From an uncultured Planctomycetota bacterium (GTDB lineage Bacteria; Planctomycetota; Planctomycetia; Isosphaerales; Isosphaeraceae), in assembly GCA_963823665.1 (NCBI GenBank), contig CAWGMQ010000011.1, positions 672,001 through 736,000 on the forward strand: a stretch of 64,000 nt of DNA. The letters run 5' to 3'. Position 1 is the first letter of the stretch. Each line of letters begins with the position of its first letter. The notes under the pieces were generated by a model, which saw only the letters and a list, made by a program, of their open reading frames with translations, did no database searches and had not been told where the DNA came from. This document shows, one piece after another, positions 45,454-56,503 of this stretch. Position numbers and translations under genes: made by a program.

Positions 45454-45598
45454 CCGGACACCCACCCTTTTTGTCGCGGCCCCGCATCCATGCATTCGCG
45501 GTACGCAAGTTCGGTACAAAACCACGGCCTCTGGTCAAGTCGAACACGCAGAAGGCCAGTGCCCGACGCTCGGCAAAAGGCGGGTGTCTGACATCCCC
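45454..45598 (+). mobile_element. MITE/REPIN-like element copy H (complete)
   Basis: CCGGACACCCACCC ... GGCGGGTGTCTGACATCCCC with conserved core. Confidence 0.85.
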
Positions 45599-45779
45599 GA
45601 TCGTAGTTGAAATGTGAGCCAGCTCCCCACCGACATTTTCACGCCGCGCCGGGTTGATATCCAGTCCCCGGCTCTCGGATCGACGGAGGAACGATCCACG
45701 CCGTCCGACGACATCCCGCGTCGCGGATGCAAAGGCATGGCGGACCTGCGATAATCGCCCGGACGGTACGCGATTCCCG

Positions 45780-45872
45780 GGGCGTCGCGGAAAAGGTGTC
45801 AGGAACCGTTTGTGCGAAGCACCCCACGGGCCGTCCCGGCAAACGGTTCCTGACACCTTTTCCGCGACGCCC
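45780..45872. repeat. Perfect 33-bp inverted repeat (REPIN-like palindrome)
   Basis: GGGCGTCGCGGAAAAGGTGTCAGGAACCGTTTG and its exact reverse complement, 27-nt spacer. Confidence 0.9.
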
Positions 45873-45901
45873 GATCGACCGACCATGATCGGAGCCACGC
45901 C

Positions 45902-48900
45902 ATGACCGCCGCCGCCGACCGCCATCTCCTCTTCGGACTGCTGGCCCTGCAGACCGGCTTCATCCAACAGGCGCAGCTCGTGGCCGCGTTCCATGCCTGG
46001 AGCTGCGACAAGTCGCGGACCCTGGCCGAGCACCTGATCGCGCTGGGGCATCTCAATCCCGCCCGGCGCGCCGCCGTCGAGGCCCTGGCCGCCTTGCACG
46101 TGGAGGCGCAGGGCGGCGACGTGGAGAAGAGCCTGGCGGCCGTCCCCGCCAACCACTCCACCCGCGCCAGCCTGGCGGCGCTGGGCGAGCCCGAGATCGA
46201 GGCGACGCTCGCCCGGGTCACACGGGACAACCATGGCCAGGCCACCGATCGGGACGATGACCTCGACCGCACTTCGACCCTGGCGGTCGGCGGGTCCAGC
46301 GGCGATGGCCGGCGGTTCCGCTTGCTCCGGCCTCATGCGCGCGGCGGGCTGGGCGAGGTGTTCGTCGCCCTGGATGCCGAGCTGCACCGCGAGGTGGCGC
46401 TCAAGCAGATCCTGGAGAAGCACGCCGACGACCCGGTCAGCCGCCAGCGGTTCGTCGCCGAGGCCGAGATCACCGGGGGACTGGAGCACCCGGGCATCGT
46501 GCCGGTCTATGGCCTGGGCACCTACGGCGGCGGGCGGCCCTATTACGCCATGCGGTTCATCAAGGGGGACAGCCTCAAGGAGGCGATCGACGCGTTCCAC
46601 GGTAGCGCGGGCCATGCCCACCGGGGGCACTCCGACGGTCACGCGGCGGTGGGCAAAGCCCACCCGACGGGGACCGGCACGCGCGCGCTGGAATTGCGCA
46701 AGCTGCTCCGCCGCTTCCTCGATGTCTGCAACGCCATCGATTACGCCCACTCCCGCGGCGTGATCCATCGGGATTTGAAGCCGGCCAACATCATCCTGGG
46801 CCGGCACGGCGAGACGCTGGTGGTCGACTGGGGGCTGGCCAAGGCCGTGGGCCGGGCCGACCCGTCGGTCGGCGAGCAGACCATCGCCCCGTCGTCGAGC
46901 GGGTCGTCGGAGACCATGCCCGGCAGTGCCATGGGCACGCCGGCCTACATGAGCCCCGAGCAGTCCTGTGGCGATCTCGACCGGCTGGGTCCTCGTTCCG
47001 ACGTCTACTCGCTGGGTGCCACCCTGTACTGTCTGTTGACCGGCAGGCCGCCATTCGAGGGCGAGGACATCGGCGAGATCCTCCGCAAGGTGCAGGCCGG
47101 CGACTTCCGCGCACCGCGGGAGGTCGATCCCGCACTGGACAAGGCCCTCGACGCCATCTGCCGGACGGCGATGGCGACGAAGCCGCCCGATCGCTACGCC
47201 GGTGGCAAAGCGCTGGCCGAGGACGTCGAGCGGTGGATGGCCGACGAGCCGGTGACGGCCTATCCCGAGCCCTGGACCCGGACTTTGGTCCGCTGGCTGA
47301 CGCGGCACCGGACCGGGGTGACCGGCGTCGCGGCGGCGGTGCTGGCCGGCGTGGTCGGGCTGGTCACCGTGCTCGCGGTGCAATCGACGGCCAACGCCCG
47401 GCTCTCGGCCGCCCTGGCCAGCGAACGGAAGGCCAAAAACGACCTGGCGGCGGCCAACAGCGAGCTGAGCCGCTCGCGCGCCGCGGTGCAGGCTCGCTAC
47501 GACCTGGTGGTCGACGCGATCAAGACGTTCCACACCGGCGTCAGCGAGGACTTCCTGCTCAAGCAGGACCAGTTCAAGGAGCTGCGCGACCGGCTATTGA
47601 GATCGGCGGCGGACTTCTACGGCAAGCTGGGCGCGCTGCTGGGCCAGGAGACGGACGCGGCCGCGCGGCGGGCGCTGGCGCAATCGAACTTCGAGCTGGC
47701 CGAGCTGACGGCCAAGGTCGGCGACGAAGGGGCGGCGCTGGCGGCGCACCGGTCGGTGCTGGCGGCGCGGGAGGCGCTGGCGGCGGAGCCCGGGGCCGAG
47801 GCCGGGCTCGCGGTCGACGTCGTCCGGAGCCTCACCGCCGTGGCGGGGCTGCTGGGGACCGAGGAGGCGCTGGCGGCCTATCGGCGGTCGGAGTCGCTGC
47901 TGGCGGGCCTGACGGGTTCGGATCCGGCGGCGCGAGCCGCGCTGGCGGCCAGCCGGACGTCGCTCGGATGGTTCCTGTGGGGGATGGGACGGCAGGCCGA
48001 GGCGCTGGCGGTCTTCAAGCTGGCGCGGGCCGACCTGGAGGCGCTGGCCGCCGCCTCCGGGGCCTCGAACGACGCCCGGCGCGACCTGGGAGGCACGATC
48101 GTTGGCATCGGCTCCCTACTGTGGCAAACAGGCAAGCCGGCGGAGGCCCAGGCCGAATACCGCACGGCGCTGGCGCTGCTCCAGAAGCTGGCCGATGACA
48201 ACCCCGCCGTCACCGACTTCCGCAACGTGCTGGCCGGCAACCACAACTCCCTCGGCTTCCTGCTTGGGAATACGGGCAAGCTGGCGGAGGCGGAGGCCGA
48301 ATACCGCGCGGCGGTGGCGCTGCTCCAGAAGCTGGCCGACGACTACCCCGCCGTCACCGAATTCCGCAGGCGCGCGGCGGTCTGCCACAACAACCTCGGC
48401 ATCCTGCTTGGGAATACGGGCAAGCCGGCGGAGGGGGAGGCCGAGCACCGCAAGGCGCTGGCGATCTACCAGAAGCTGGCCGACGACAACCCCACCGCCA
48501 CCGGATATCGCGACTCCCTGGCGAACAGCCACAGGGAGCTCGGTCGACTGCTCGCCCGGGAGAAGCGATTCCCCGAGGCGTTCACCGCTCTGGAGACCGG
48601 CCTGGCCCTTTGTCAGAAGCTGGTCGACGCCGATCCCAAGCACAACTGGTACGCAACGGCTCTCGGCGAGAGTTACGCCTTCCGCGGCGGGGCCCGAGTC
48701 CGTGCCGGTCAACCCGCCGACGCCGCCGCCGACCTGCGGCGGTGCGTCGAGGTGTGGGCCGGGGTACCGAAGCTGCCGATCGATGCGAGGTTCGAGCGGG
48801 TCCGGGTGCTGGCGCTCTTGGCCGGGCTGGGTAAGGACCCGAAGTCCGGCGTGACCGCCGCCGAGGCCGCCAGCTTCGCCGACCGGTCGGTCGCCGACCT

Positions 48901-49045
48901 CCGCGACGCCATCAACGCCGGCTGGGCGGTACGCCAGGAGTTGAAGGCGGAGGAATTCGACCCGCTCCGCGGCCGGGAGGACTTCAAGAAGCTGGTGGCG
49001 GAGCTGGAGGCCAAGTCGCGGCCGGAAGCCAAGCCAAAAGACTGA
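45902..49045 (+). CDS. Ser/Thr kinase with TM and TPR array (1047 aa)
   Basis: HARGGLG, HRDLKPAN, DWGLA, GTPAYMSPE; TPRs; end FDPLRGREDF. Confidence 0.93.
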   Translation: MTAAADRHLLFGLLALQTGFIQQAQLVAAFHAWSCDKSRTLAEHLIALGHLNPARRAAVEALAALHVEAQGGDVEKSLAAVPANHSTRASLAALGEPEIEATLARVTRDNHGQATDRDDDLDRTSTLAVGGSSGDGRRFRLLRPHARGGLGEVFVALDAELHREVALKQILEKHADDPVSRQRFVAEAEITGGLEHPGIVPVYGLGTYGGGRPYYAMRFIKGDSLKEAIDAFHGSAGHAHRGHSDGHAAVGKAHPTGTGTRALELRKLLRRFLDVCNAIDYAHSRGVIHRDLKPANIILGRHGETLVVDWGLAKAVGRADPSVGEQTIAPSSSGSSETMPGSAMGTPAYMSPEQSCGDLDRLGPRSDVYSLGATLYCLLTGRPPFEGEDIGEILRKVQAGDFRAPREVDPALDKALDAICRTAMATKPPDRYAGGKALAEDVERWMADEPVTAYPEPWTRTLVRWLTRHRTGVTGVAAAVLAGVVGLVTVLAVQSTANARLSAALASERKAKNDLAAANSELSRSRAAVQARYDLVVDAIKTFHTGVSEDFLLKQDQFKELRDRLLRSAADFYGKLGALLGQETDAAARRALAQSNFELAELTAKVGDEGAALAAHRSVLAAREALAAEPGAEAGLAVDVVRSLTAVAGLLGTEEALAAYRRSESLLAGLTGSDPAARAALAASRTSLGWFLWGMGRQAEALAVFKLARADLEALAAASGASNDARRDLGGTIVGIGSLLWQTGKPAEAQAEYRTALALLQKLADDNPAVTDFRNVLAGNHNSLGFLLGNTGKLAEAEAEYRAAVALLQKLADDYPAVTEFRRRAAVCHNNLGILLGNTGKPAEGEAEHRKALAIYQKLADDNPTATGYRDSLANSHRELGRLLAREKRFPEAFTALETGLALCQKLVDADPKHNWYATALGESYAFRGGARVRAGQPADAAADLRRCVEVWAGVPKLPIDARFERVRVLALLAGLGKDPKSGVTAAEAASFADRSVADLRDAINAGWAVRQELKAEEFDPLRGREDFKKLVAELEAKSRPEAKPKD

Positions 49046-49714
49046 TCGCCCCTCACGCGGCGACTTCAGGCCCACGATCGGGCGAGGGTCCGGGCGCATC
49101 GGGACGGAAACCGGGACGCAGCTAGTATTGACACCGGGGGACGGAAACGGGGGTGCGCCGTGTAGAAGGTGTTGGTCTTCAGTGGGTGTAACTCCCCGGC
49201 AACTGGACGGAAACGGGGACGCGATTCATTGTTGTCCGCAGTCAACCGCCTGCTGCGCTGAAAACTCGGTGCGTCCGGGCTTCGTTCCATTTGACGTACG
49301 TTCCCGCTTAATCGCGCGACTCGCCCGACGGATTGCGCCGGGGCGTCAGGTCCGCTTTGGGTCATCAAAGTACAAAAGTCCCGGTGGCACAGCGGCGCAG
49401 CATTCGACCAAAACTGACGCTGCCCGTCAGATCGAATGCCTGCCAGGACAGCTCCTTACCCTAGATTTACCTTTTCGAGGGGTTGGGCATTAATAGCCAT
49501 GCCCGGCGCGAAAACCGACGGTCGCGAGCAACCGCATGAACCACGCGTCACCCACGGTACGCGCCGTGTTCTCTTCCGCGCTCGTCGATCACATTCTTCC
49601 CGATGCGGGCTTGTACACCGCGCCATCGACCAACCGCGCATCGCATACCGCACTCACCCCGCCATTTCTCAGAACCCCGTTCCCACGCTCCCGCGTCGGA
49701 ACGACGCGCATGGC

Positions 49715-49966
49715 TCAAAACCCGTCCCCGGAATCATTCCTCTCGTCGCCGCTTCCGGACCCCGAGCCCCGCTGGATATTCTTGAAGAACCGCTCCATCA
49801 CGAACCCCAGCCCCGCCCCGACGCACACCCCGCCCAGCAACATCAAGAGCGGATGAAACCCGTACGGCCGCCCCACGGCGAACACAAACATGATGCCCAG
49901 AAACAGGCCCGAGTAATAGACGAGGTCATTGACCGTATAACCTGACCCGCCTTTGAGCCAATTCAT
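49715..49966 (-). CDS. Small two-TM membrane protein (83 aa)
   Basis: MNWLKGG..., two hydrophobic helices; last gene of the minus-strand operon. Confidence 0.65.
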   Translation of the reverse strand: MNWLKGGSGYTVNDLVYYSGLFLGIMFVFAVGRPYGFHPLLMLLGGVCVGAGLGFVMERFFKNIQRGSGSGSGDERNDSGDGF

Positions 49967-49998
49967 GGCATTTGTCCCTGTGTCGTGCTCAGTGCGAT

Positions 49999-50859
49999 TC
50001 AGAGCAGATTGCTCGCCAGCAACCCTCGCACCGTATCCAGGAAGAAGAACTTGACGATGCCGTCGATCAGGAGAAAACCCAGACCGGCCGACCACCTCGC
50101 CACCCGCCGCCGGCGGTTGCTCAGGCGCATGCCAGTAACGTGCTCGAACGACAAGCTCGCGATCTCGTAGGTCAAGAACAGATAACCGATGCCTCGACAA
50201 ACCGACCACGGATGCCACCCGAGCGCGACCGCCAGCCACGGGTTCTGCGAGTGCGTGATCAGTTGCCCGACGTAGAAGTTCATCAGGTCAACTTCATACG
50301 AGCCCTGGCAAAGCGTCACCAGCCCGAGTGAAGAATAGGTGAAGACGATCATCGAGGCCAGAAGCTGAAAATGCGCCGGCACCCACCAGCGCAGATCGTA
50401 CTCGGGACTGAACCCCGTCACGATCCACTCATGGCTCTGGCGCCAGTAAGCTTCGCCTCCCAGCATGATCTTCGCCATCCCGTCGGGGTCGCGGGAGACC
50501 AGCGCGATCGCCACCGCGTTGTGCGCCAGGAACACGGCCGCCAGCATCCCGACCCCGCGAGCCACGGAATCCGAGGCAACCGCCGCCAGCAAGAGCACCG
50601 TCGCCATCACCGCCGTCGTCACCCAGGCCGTCGGCCATTGCAGAAAATAATCGACCAGCACCGGGAGGCCCCCGACCGCTGCTCCCAGCACGATCCAGAC
50701 AGGGACCGGTCCCAGCCGGCTACCCAGCCGCTCCACGGATCGAAAGACCGGGCTCGCGACCCACGCGGGGAATCGCCACACCCCGAACCAGGCCGGCCTG
50801 CGGGCTCCGGCCTGTACGGGTGATAAAATCGAGATCGACACGGACGCATCACTCCTCAA
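49999..50859 (-). CDS. Polytopic membrane protein, unknown function
   Basis: About seven TM segments; YEVDLMNFYVG and GWHPWS polar motifs. Confidence 0.72.
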   Translation of the reverse strand: MRSDASVSISILSPVQAGARRPAWFGVWRFPAWVASPVFRSVERLGSRLGPVPVWIVLGAAVGGLPVLVDYFLQWPTAWVTTAVMATVLLLAAVASDSVARGVGMLAAVFLAHNAVAIALVSRDPDGMAKIMLGGEAYWRQSHEWIVTGFSPEYDLRWWVPAHFQLLASMIVFTYSSLGLVTLCQGSYEVDLMNFYVGQLITHSQNPWLAVALGWHPWSVCRGIGYLFLTYEIASLSFEHVTGMRLSNRRRRVARWSAGLGFLLIDGIVKFFFLDTVRGLLASNLL

Positions 50860-50868
50860 GACCAGCCG

Positions 50869-50994
50869 TTAGCGCCGAGGAATCGGAATCAAGAAGATGC
50901 CCGTCGTGCTATACAGGATCAAATTCCCAACCCCGAAGATCAGAATGAAGATGACCCAGCCCGCGATTCCGCTGCTCTGTTGTTGGTCACTCAT
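50869..50994 (-). CDS. Unannotated 41-aa hydrophobic peptide
   Basis: MSDQQQSSGIAGWVIFILIFGVGNLILYSTTGIFLIPIPRR; GAGGAG RBS; fills the gap within an operon. Confidence 0.7.
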   Translation of the reverse strand: MSDQQQSSGIAGWVIFILIFGVGNLILYSTTGIFLIPIPRR

Positions 50995-51015
50995 CGCTCA
51001 CTCCTCTGAAAATGA

Positions 51016-51576
51016 TTACGACGTCGATGAAATTCGCCCCAAGACGTGATTGGCCTCCTCGACCAAGGCCCATTCTCCTCGCCGTCGGGCGCGTGCGGCA
51101 AGGAATCGACACAATGCAATCGCTTCGTCGCGAGCCTCCGGCCTCGCGTATGATAACAACTCCAGGGCTCGCCGTCGCTGCGCAAGATTCCCGGCCACGG
51201 CCGTGATCCGTAGCCGGCGCAAGATTTCATCAGGATCTCTCCACAAAACCCGAACCGCGGTCTGTCCCGTCGGGTCGATCGCCGGATCACTCATCCACGC
51301 GCCATAGACTGCTTCGCGTTCATCGGCGCTCAAACGATCGAGCGTTTCCGCATCCTCGGACCCGGAACGTAGCCCCCCTCGTTCAATCATCGCCATCAAT
51401 CTTGCAGACGGCTCAGGATACCGCTCGCGAACGTGGTATTCAAAGAAGCTGCTGCGGAAAAACAACGTCACCACCGCCAGGCCGATTGCACCGATGTAGG
51501 TCAAACCCAGAAGCGTAAGCTGCCCCCGGATCGAGCGAATGAAATCCCGGTTCACGAGCGCGAGCAAGTCCGTCAT
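51016..51576 (-). CDS. Single-TM hypothetical protein with helical C-terminal domain
   Basis: ATG overlaps permease stop (ATGA 51573-51576); MTDLLALVNRDF... Confidence 0.68.
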   Translation of the reverse strand: MTDLLALVNRDFIRSIRGQLTLLGLTYIGAIGLAVVTLFFRSSFFEYHVRERYPEPSARLMAMIERGGLRSGSEDAETLDRLSADEREAVYGAWMSDPAIDPTGQTAVRVLWRDPDEILRRLRITAVAGNLAQRRRALELLSYARPEARDEAIALCRFLAARARRRGEWALVEEANHVLGRISSTS

Positions 51577-53217
51577 GCTTGCGACTCCATCAGTCGGGCC
51601 ATCCGCGCCGCCGCCAGTCGCCGCAGCGGCCAGTCGACGGCGACGCACAACCCGCCCGCAATCAGCCAGAAAAGTGGCGAGGCCGCAAACCGGCAGTGCA
51701 AGGCCACCGCCACCATTGCACCCGCAGAGAGTCCCGCCATCGGCAGCGCAAGTGGCCCGATCGAGCCCCCCAGCACAGGCCGGACACGAAAGCGGCGGCT
51801 CGCGCACGATCAACACGAGCGCGAGCAAACCCATCAGCCACGATAACCCGGCGGCCAGGAGCGCATGAAGCACCGCCGAGGTGACGTCACGCCACACGAG
51901 AACCGCCACGAACGCCCACAACAAGCAGAGCGGCACGGCAACCCTGAGCACCACCGCCTTGCAAACCCCAAGCGCCAGGCCCGCCGGCCGCTCCATCGGG
52001 GCGGTCAGCAGCACCCACGCCGCACCAAAGCTACGGCTGAACGACAGGTTGTACAGCATCGGAGGCACCGCGAGGGCGATCAGGTACACCGACAGCACCG
52101 GCAGCACAATAAGCCGCGTCTCGTCATTCCGCAATGGGTCAGCGAACTGGCCCGCCGCCAGCCCCACGATCACGATTGCCACCGCCATGTTCATCGGCAG
52201 CAGACACCGGATTGTCAGTTCCGAATCGCGCGCCAGCATGGTCTTGCCCAGCCAGTACCCCGCCCGCTCCTCCGATCCTCGGATCCAGAGCCGGCCCAGC
52301 GGCACCGCCAGCCCGCCCACTTGATCGGCACGCATCGGCCGACTCTTTACCCCGCGCGATGTTCCCTGCATTCCCTTATAAAGCCGCAGCAGCCGCCAGA
52401 GAGTCACCCCCACGGCCGCCCCGGTTATAGCCAGAAGCACCGGCCCCACCCCCAGCAGCCCGGGACCACTTGCGTCCGCCACGAACCGCGCCAGCCACGC
52501 CGGCGGCAAAAGATCCAGCCACCACGGCGGAAACGCGGCCCAAACCTCCAGCGCGTGCCCGCGATCCCGAAACATCAACTGAGCACCGTACCCGGCCACC
52601 AGGATGAGCACGATCTGAGTCCACGCCAGAAACTCCTTGAGCGACTTGAGACTCTGCGTGCTCGACCCCAGCGAGAGCACGACGATCACGACGGCGACCA
52701 CGACCGCATTACCCGCCAGTGCGGCAAGCAGATACGCCGGCGCATAATAAAGGCTCGCGTCGCGCAACCCCGCGCCCAGAATCATCGGAAACAAGTTGAG
52801 CGCCACGAACATCAAGACCAGGTAGAAAAGCAGGTTGGCAAACCTCGCCGCAACATAAGTGGCCGGCGTGACGGGCCTGGTCCCGATCAGCTCCAGGTCG
52901 CGCGGGTCGAGCACGATCTCCTGATACTCCACCACCACCGTCGCCGCCAGGACCAGCATCGACGTCGCCAACCCGGTGAGTGCGTAAAAGAAGCAATCCA
53001 CTCGCATGAAGAACACCACGCTGGTCACCGCCGAGACCGTCAGACACTGCCCCACCACCCAGAAGAGCGGTGTGATCCAGTGCGAGGGCTTGGTGGCCGT
53101 GGCTCTGGTATACGCCTGGTTCCGCAGGTCCATCACCAGCATGGCGCGTACGAGCGCAATGAACTTCGCGGGCTCGATCCCCAGTCGTTCCGCCAGCGAG
53201 TAGACGAATCTGGACAT
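51573..53217 (-). CDS. ABC transporter permease, multi-TM (frameshift near 51775)
   Basis: DPRDLELIGTRPV motif; true TM C-terminus lies in ORF 51573..51776. Confidence 0.78.
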
Positions 53218-53234
53218 CGGCCGCGTTCCGCCGT

Positions 53235-54047
53235 TCAGTGAGATTTCCGCTTGCCCGGCGGCGTGCCCGTCTTTTCCCGTGCGCGAGAGTCATCCGTCCC
53301 GCGTAGCGCAAGCGATTCCGGGGCCTTGGCATCGAGGCGGGTCAGCGACCGGAAAACCGCCTCGAGCGTTCCCTCGGGCCGGCGTGCCAGCAGGTTGGCG
53401 GTCGTGTCATCCGCCACGATTCGCCCGTCGTCGATCACCACGACCCGCGCACACGTCCGCTCGATGACATCAAGGATATGCGAACAGTAAAGGACGGTTC
53501 TCCCCCGCGCGAGCATCGAATCGATGATCTTCCGGAACGTCAGAACACTCGCGACGTCCAGCCCGTTGAGCGGCTCGTCGAGCAGCAGAACCTCGGGGTC
53601 GTGCACGAACGCCGCACTCAGCAGCACCTTCTGGCGCATCCCTTTTGAAAGCGATTCAATACTCTGGTTAGCGGCCTCGCGGAGCCCAAAGCTCCCGAGC
53701 AGCTCACCGATCCGCCGGGCGGCTTCGCGCCGTTCGAGTCCATGCAGCTCGGCCATCAGCGAAAGGTGCTCATTCGGGGTCAGCGTGTCGTAAAGCGCCG
53801 CACTCTCGGGCACATACCCGATGCGCCGCTTGACCTCGAGCGGCGAGGCAGTTACATCGAACCCACAAACGCGGATCTCGCCCTGAGTGGGCCGGACCAG
53901 CCCCGCGATCATCTTGATGGTCGTCGTCTTACCCGCCCCGTTGGGTCCCAGGTACCCCGTCGCTTCGCCAGGCCGCGCGCTGAAACTCACCCCGCGAACG
54001 GCCTCCTTGGATCCATAAGACTTGCCAACGTCCACCAGCTCGATCAC
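53235..54047 (-). CDS. ABC transporter ATP-binding protein
   Basis: GPNGAGKTT, LSKGMRQK, LLLDEP, SHIL. Confidence 0.93.
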   Translation of the reverse strand: MIELVDVGKSYGSKEAVRGVSFSARPGEATGYLGPNGAGKTTTIKMIAGLVRPTQGEIRVCGFDVTASPLEVKRRIGYVPESAALYDTLTPNEHLSLMAELHGLERREAARRIGELLGSFGLREAANQSIESLSKGMRQKVLLSAAFVHDPEVLLLDEPLNGLDVASVLTFRKIIDSMLARGRTVLYCSHILDVIERTCARVVVIDDGRIVADDTTANLLARRPEGTLEAVFRSLTRLDAKAPESLALRGTDDSRAREKTGTPPGKRKSH

Positions 54048-54827
54048 GCCCCGCCCCCGGTAAACGCAACGAACTCGATCGCAGCGTCACCGCGACCGCG
54101 CGAGCGCTCGGAAGTTCCCACCCTGAAAGGGCCCAACAACAAGGCCCGAGGCACCGCTCTGGCTTGTCCGACGCACCGACCTGTGTTTCCGGCAAATCGC
54201 CCCGCGAGTCTGAATCTACCCGCAGAAGCCGTTGAAGTGAAGAGACCCGCCAAGGAAATGACTCATCTGGCGTCGAATGACCGGCAGCGGCCTCGACGGT
54301 GCACGTTCAAGTTCCAGGCCCCCCGACTGGCCCCAGCAATCCGCACCGTCCTCCACCACTCCCCTTGTGGGAGAGGGGTCGTGCCATCGCCGTCGCCCGC
54401 CTACTTCCCAAGAGACCAAAGACGTGGGCGTCGATCCCTCGGCGAATGCTGAGCGAGCCGAAGAGGTAAGGCACCGGCCGGCCTCGCACCACCCACACCA
54501 ACCCGAAGCGTAAGCGAGGCGACCACGGTCGACAGGATTCACACAAAGTTCAGCTCACGCGAAGCCGCACAGAAAACGCCGTGAAAACCGAGACATCGAT
54601 CGAACAAAGCGCCGGCTGTGTACTGATAATAATCCACATCTCAGCATATCTGACTCGCGCCTTTGCGACTCCGCGTGAGACTCAAGAAACTACCGATCCT
54701 GATATAGTAGTGTTTTATCCGTGTTTGATCCGCGGCTAAACTCTGCGATCCTCTTCGCGTTCACACCGTTCCAGATCCTCCGATTGCTTCCCCGACTCAT
54801 CAATCCCGCAGGTCGGAAAACTCCGCA

Positions 54828-55732
54828 TCACTCGGCGTAGACACTCTTCACGAAGTTTGTTAGGTCCTTGATCGGCCAGTCTGGGTACTTCTCCTTGAAC
54901 TCAGCGGTAAGCACCCGGCCGGCCTCTTCGACGGCAACCCCCTCTTGCTTGAGGCCGACGGCGCGGGTCCGCAGATCGACGATGAAGGCCTTCTCGTTGG
55001 CAACCAGCGAACCGTCGCCCGCGGGGCTGTGGGTCGGCAGCACGTGCTCGGCCCCGAGCTTTTCCACCTGGTCGAGCACCGCGATCCAGCTCGAAGGCGT
55101 GCCGCCGTCGCCGTAGATGTTCGGCACGACCTTGTTCTGCACGACGTCGCCGGAGATCAGGGTCTTGTCGGGCAAGACGAAGGTCAGTTCATCGCCCTTG
55201 GTGTGGGCGCCGCCGAACCACAGAAGTCGAGCCTTCACGTCGCCTCCGAGATCCAGTTCCAGTTCTCTGTCAAAGGTCTTGTCCGGGGCGCGAAGTTTGG
55301 CGTCGGCGAGCAGCTCCTTCCACTTGGGGTTCATGCCCGAGAACCGCTGGATCATCTCCACGCCATGCTTGTCCATCTCGTCCTGCTGCACCTTGGGGCG
55401 AATCAGGATAGTTCCCTCCGGGAAACCGGCCACGCCCCCGGCATGCTCGGGGTGGAAGTGCGTCGTCGTCAGATAGAGTTTGTTGCCGGGCGCGAATCGT
55501 TTCGCCACTCTCGCGACCGTCGCACCATTGCGGGCCCGAGGCCGGTGTCGACGACCAGCGTCGCCTTCTCACCCACGACGATCCCGATGTTCGGCCAGCC
55601 AACAATCTGCCAAACGTGATCCGACACCTTCACAGTGTCTTCGCCCAGGGGTTTGTCTCGGTCCGCATCGGTCTGCGCGTGCGCCGTGGCTGCCACGAAG
55701 CACAGCAAGCCCAGGGAGAGGATGGTCTTCAT
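54828..55732 (-). CDS. Secreted MBL-fold metallo-hydrolase (frameshift near 55525)
   Basis: Signal peptide, VVDTGLG, THFHPEH, AHTKGD, SGDVV, PTH. Confidence 0.85.
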
Positions 55733-55984
55733 GTTGCCGATCTCCAAGGTCCTTGGCCGCCGCGTTCTTGAGGGCGGCGATCCTCGCCGGTGCCGGGTAA
55801 GTCGCGGCAGAATTCTACGGCGGATCGACCCACGCGACTAAGTGAACGGGGGTTTAGGCCTCCGCCGGCTTCCGGATGAACGGCTGTGCTCGACCGCCGC
55901 TTCCCGGCCACCTTTCGTGGCTTGTGGCGGTTGTGGACGGCCAGGACCCCGTTCAGCTCCATAGCGAAGCCCATCGATGAGCAG

Positions 55985-56503
55985 GTCGACCTCAACAACG
56001 CGGCTATCTCGAATACGAGCAAGCTCCCCGGCATGTCCATCGGGGAGTACGCTAAGTTGACCCGCCCGAGCAATGTATCGCTCGATGAAGTGCGCACGGT
56101 GTGGGAAACCAACGTGTTCGGCCCCCTCGCCGTCTACCAGGCGATGCCGCCGCTCCTGCGCGAGGCGCCGCAAGCCCGCATCGTCAATGTGTCGAGCGGC
56201 GTTGGCTCGCTGACGATGAATTCGGCCCCGGCCTACCCCTACCGCTCGATCTTCGGCCCCGTCTACCCCGCTTCCAAGACGGCTCTCAACGCGATGACGC
56301 TCGCCATGGCCATCGAGCTGGAGTCGACCGGGATCAAAGTCAACGCCGCCTCCCCGGGCTTCACCAAGACGAACCTCAACAACTATGCGGGCACGGAGAC
56401 CGTCGAGGAAGGCGCCCGCGAGGCCGTGCGCCTCGCCCTGCTCGGCCCGGACGGCCCGACAGGTACGTACTCGCACGCGAAGCTCGGACAGCTCCCGTGG
56501 TAA
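55985..56503 (+). pseudogene. SDR oxidoreductase lacking its N-terminal Rossmann motif
   Basis: NNAA, TNVFG, IVNVSS, YPASK, PGFTKT; no TGxxxGIG upstream. Confidence 0.78.

Noticed and set aside
24004..45598. Dispersed repeats as a CRISPR array
   Set aside because: Units are ~145 bp, kilobases apart, irregularly spaced, with no cas genes
45440..47533. 697-aa minus-strand ORF
   Set aside because: Antisense shadow of the kinase gene
51016..53217. 733-aa permease fusion ORF
   Set aside because: Linker is out-of-frame nonsense; the real permease end and an ATGA-coupled next gene are visible at 51573-51576
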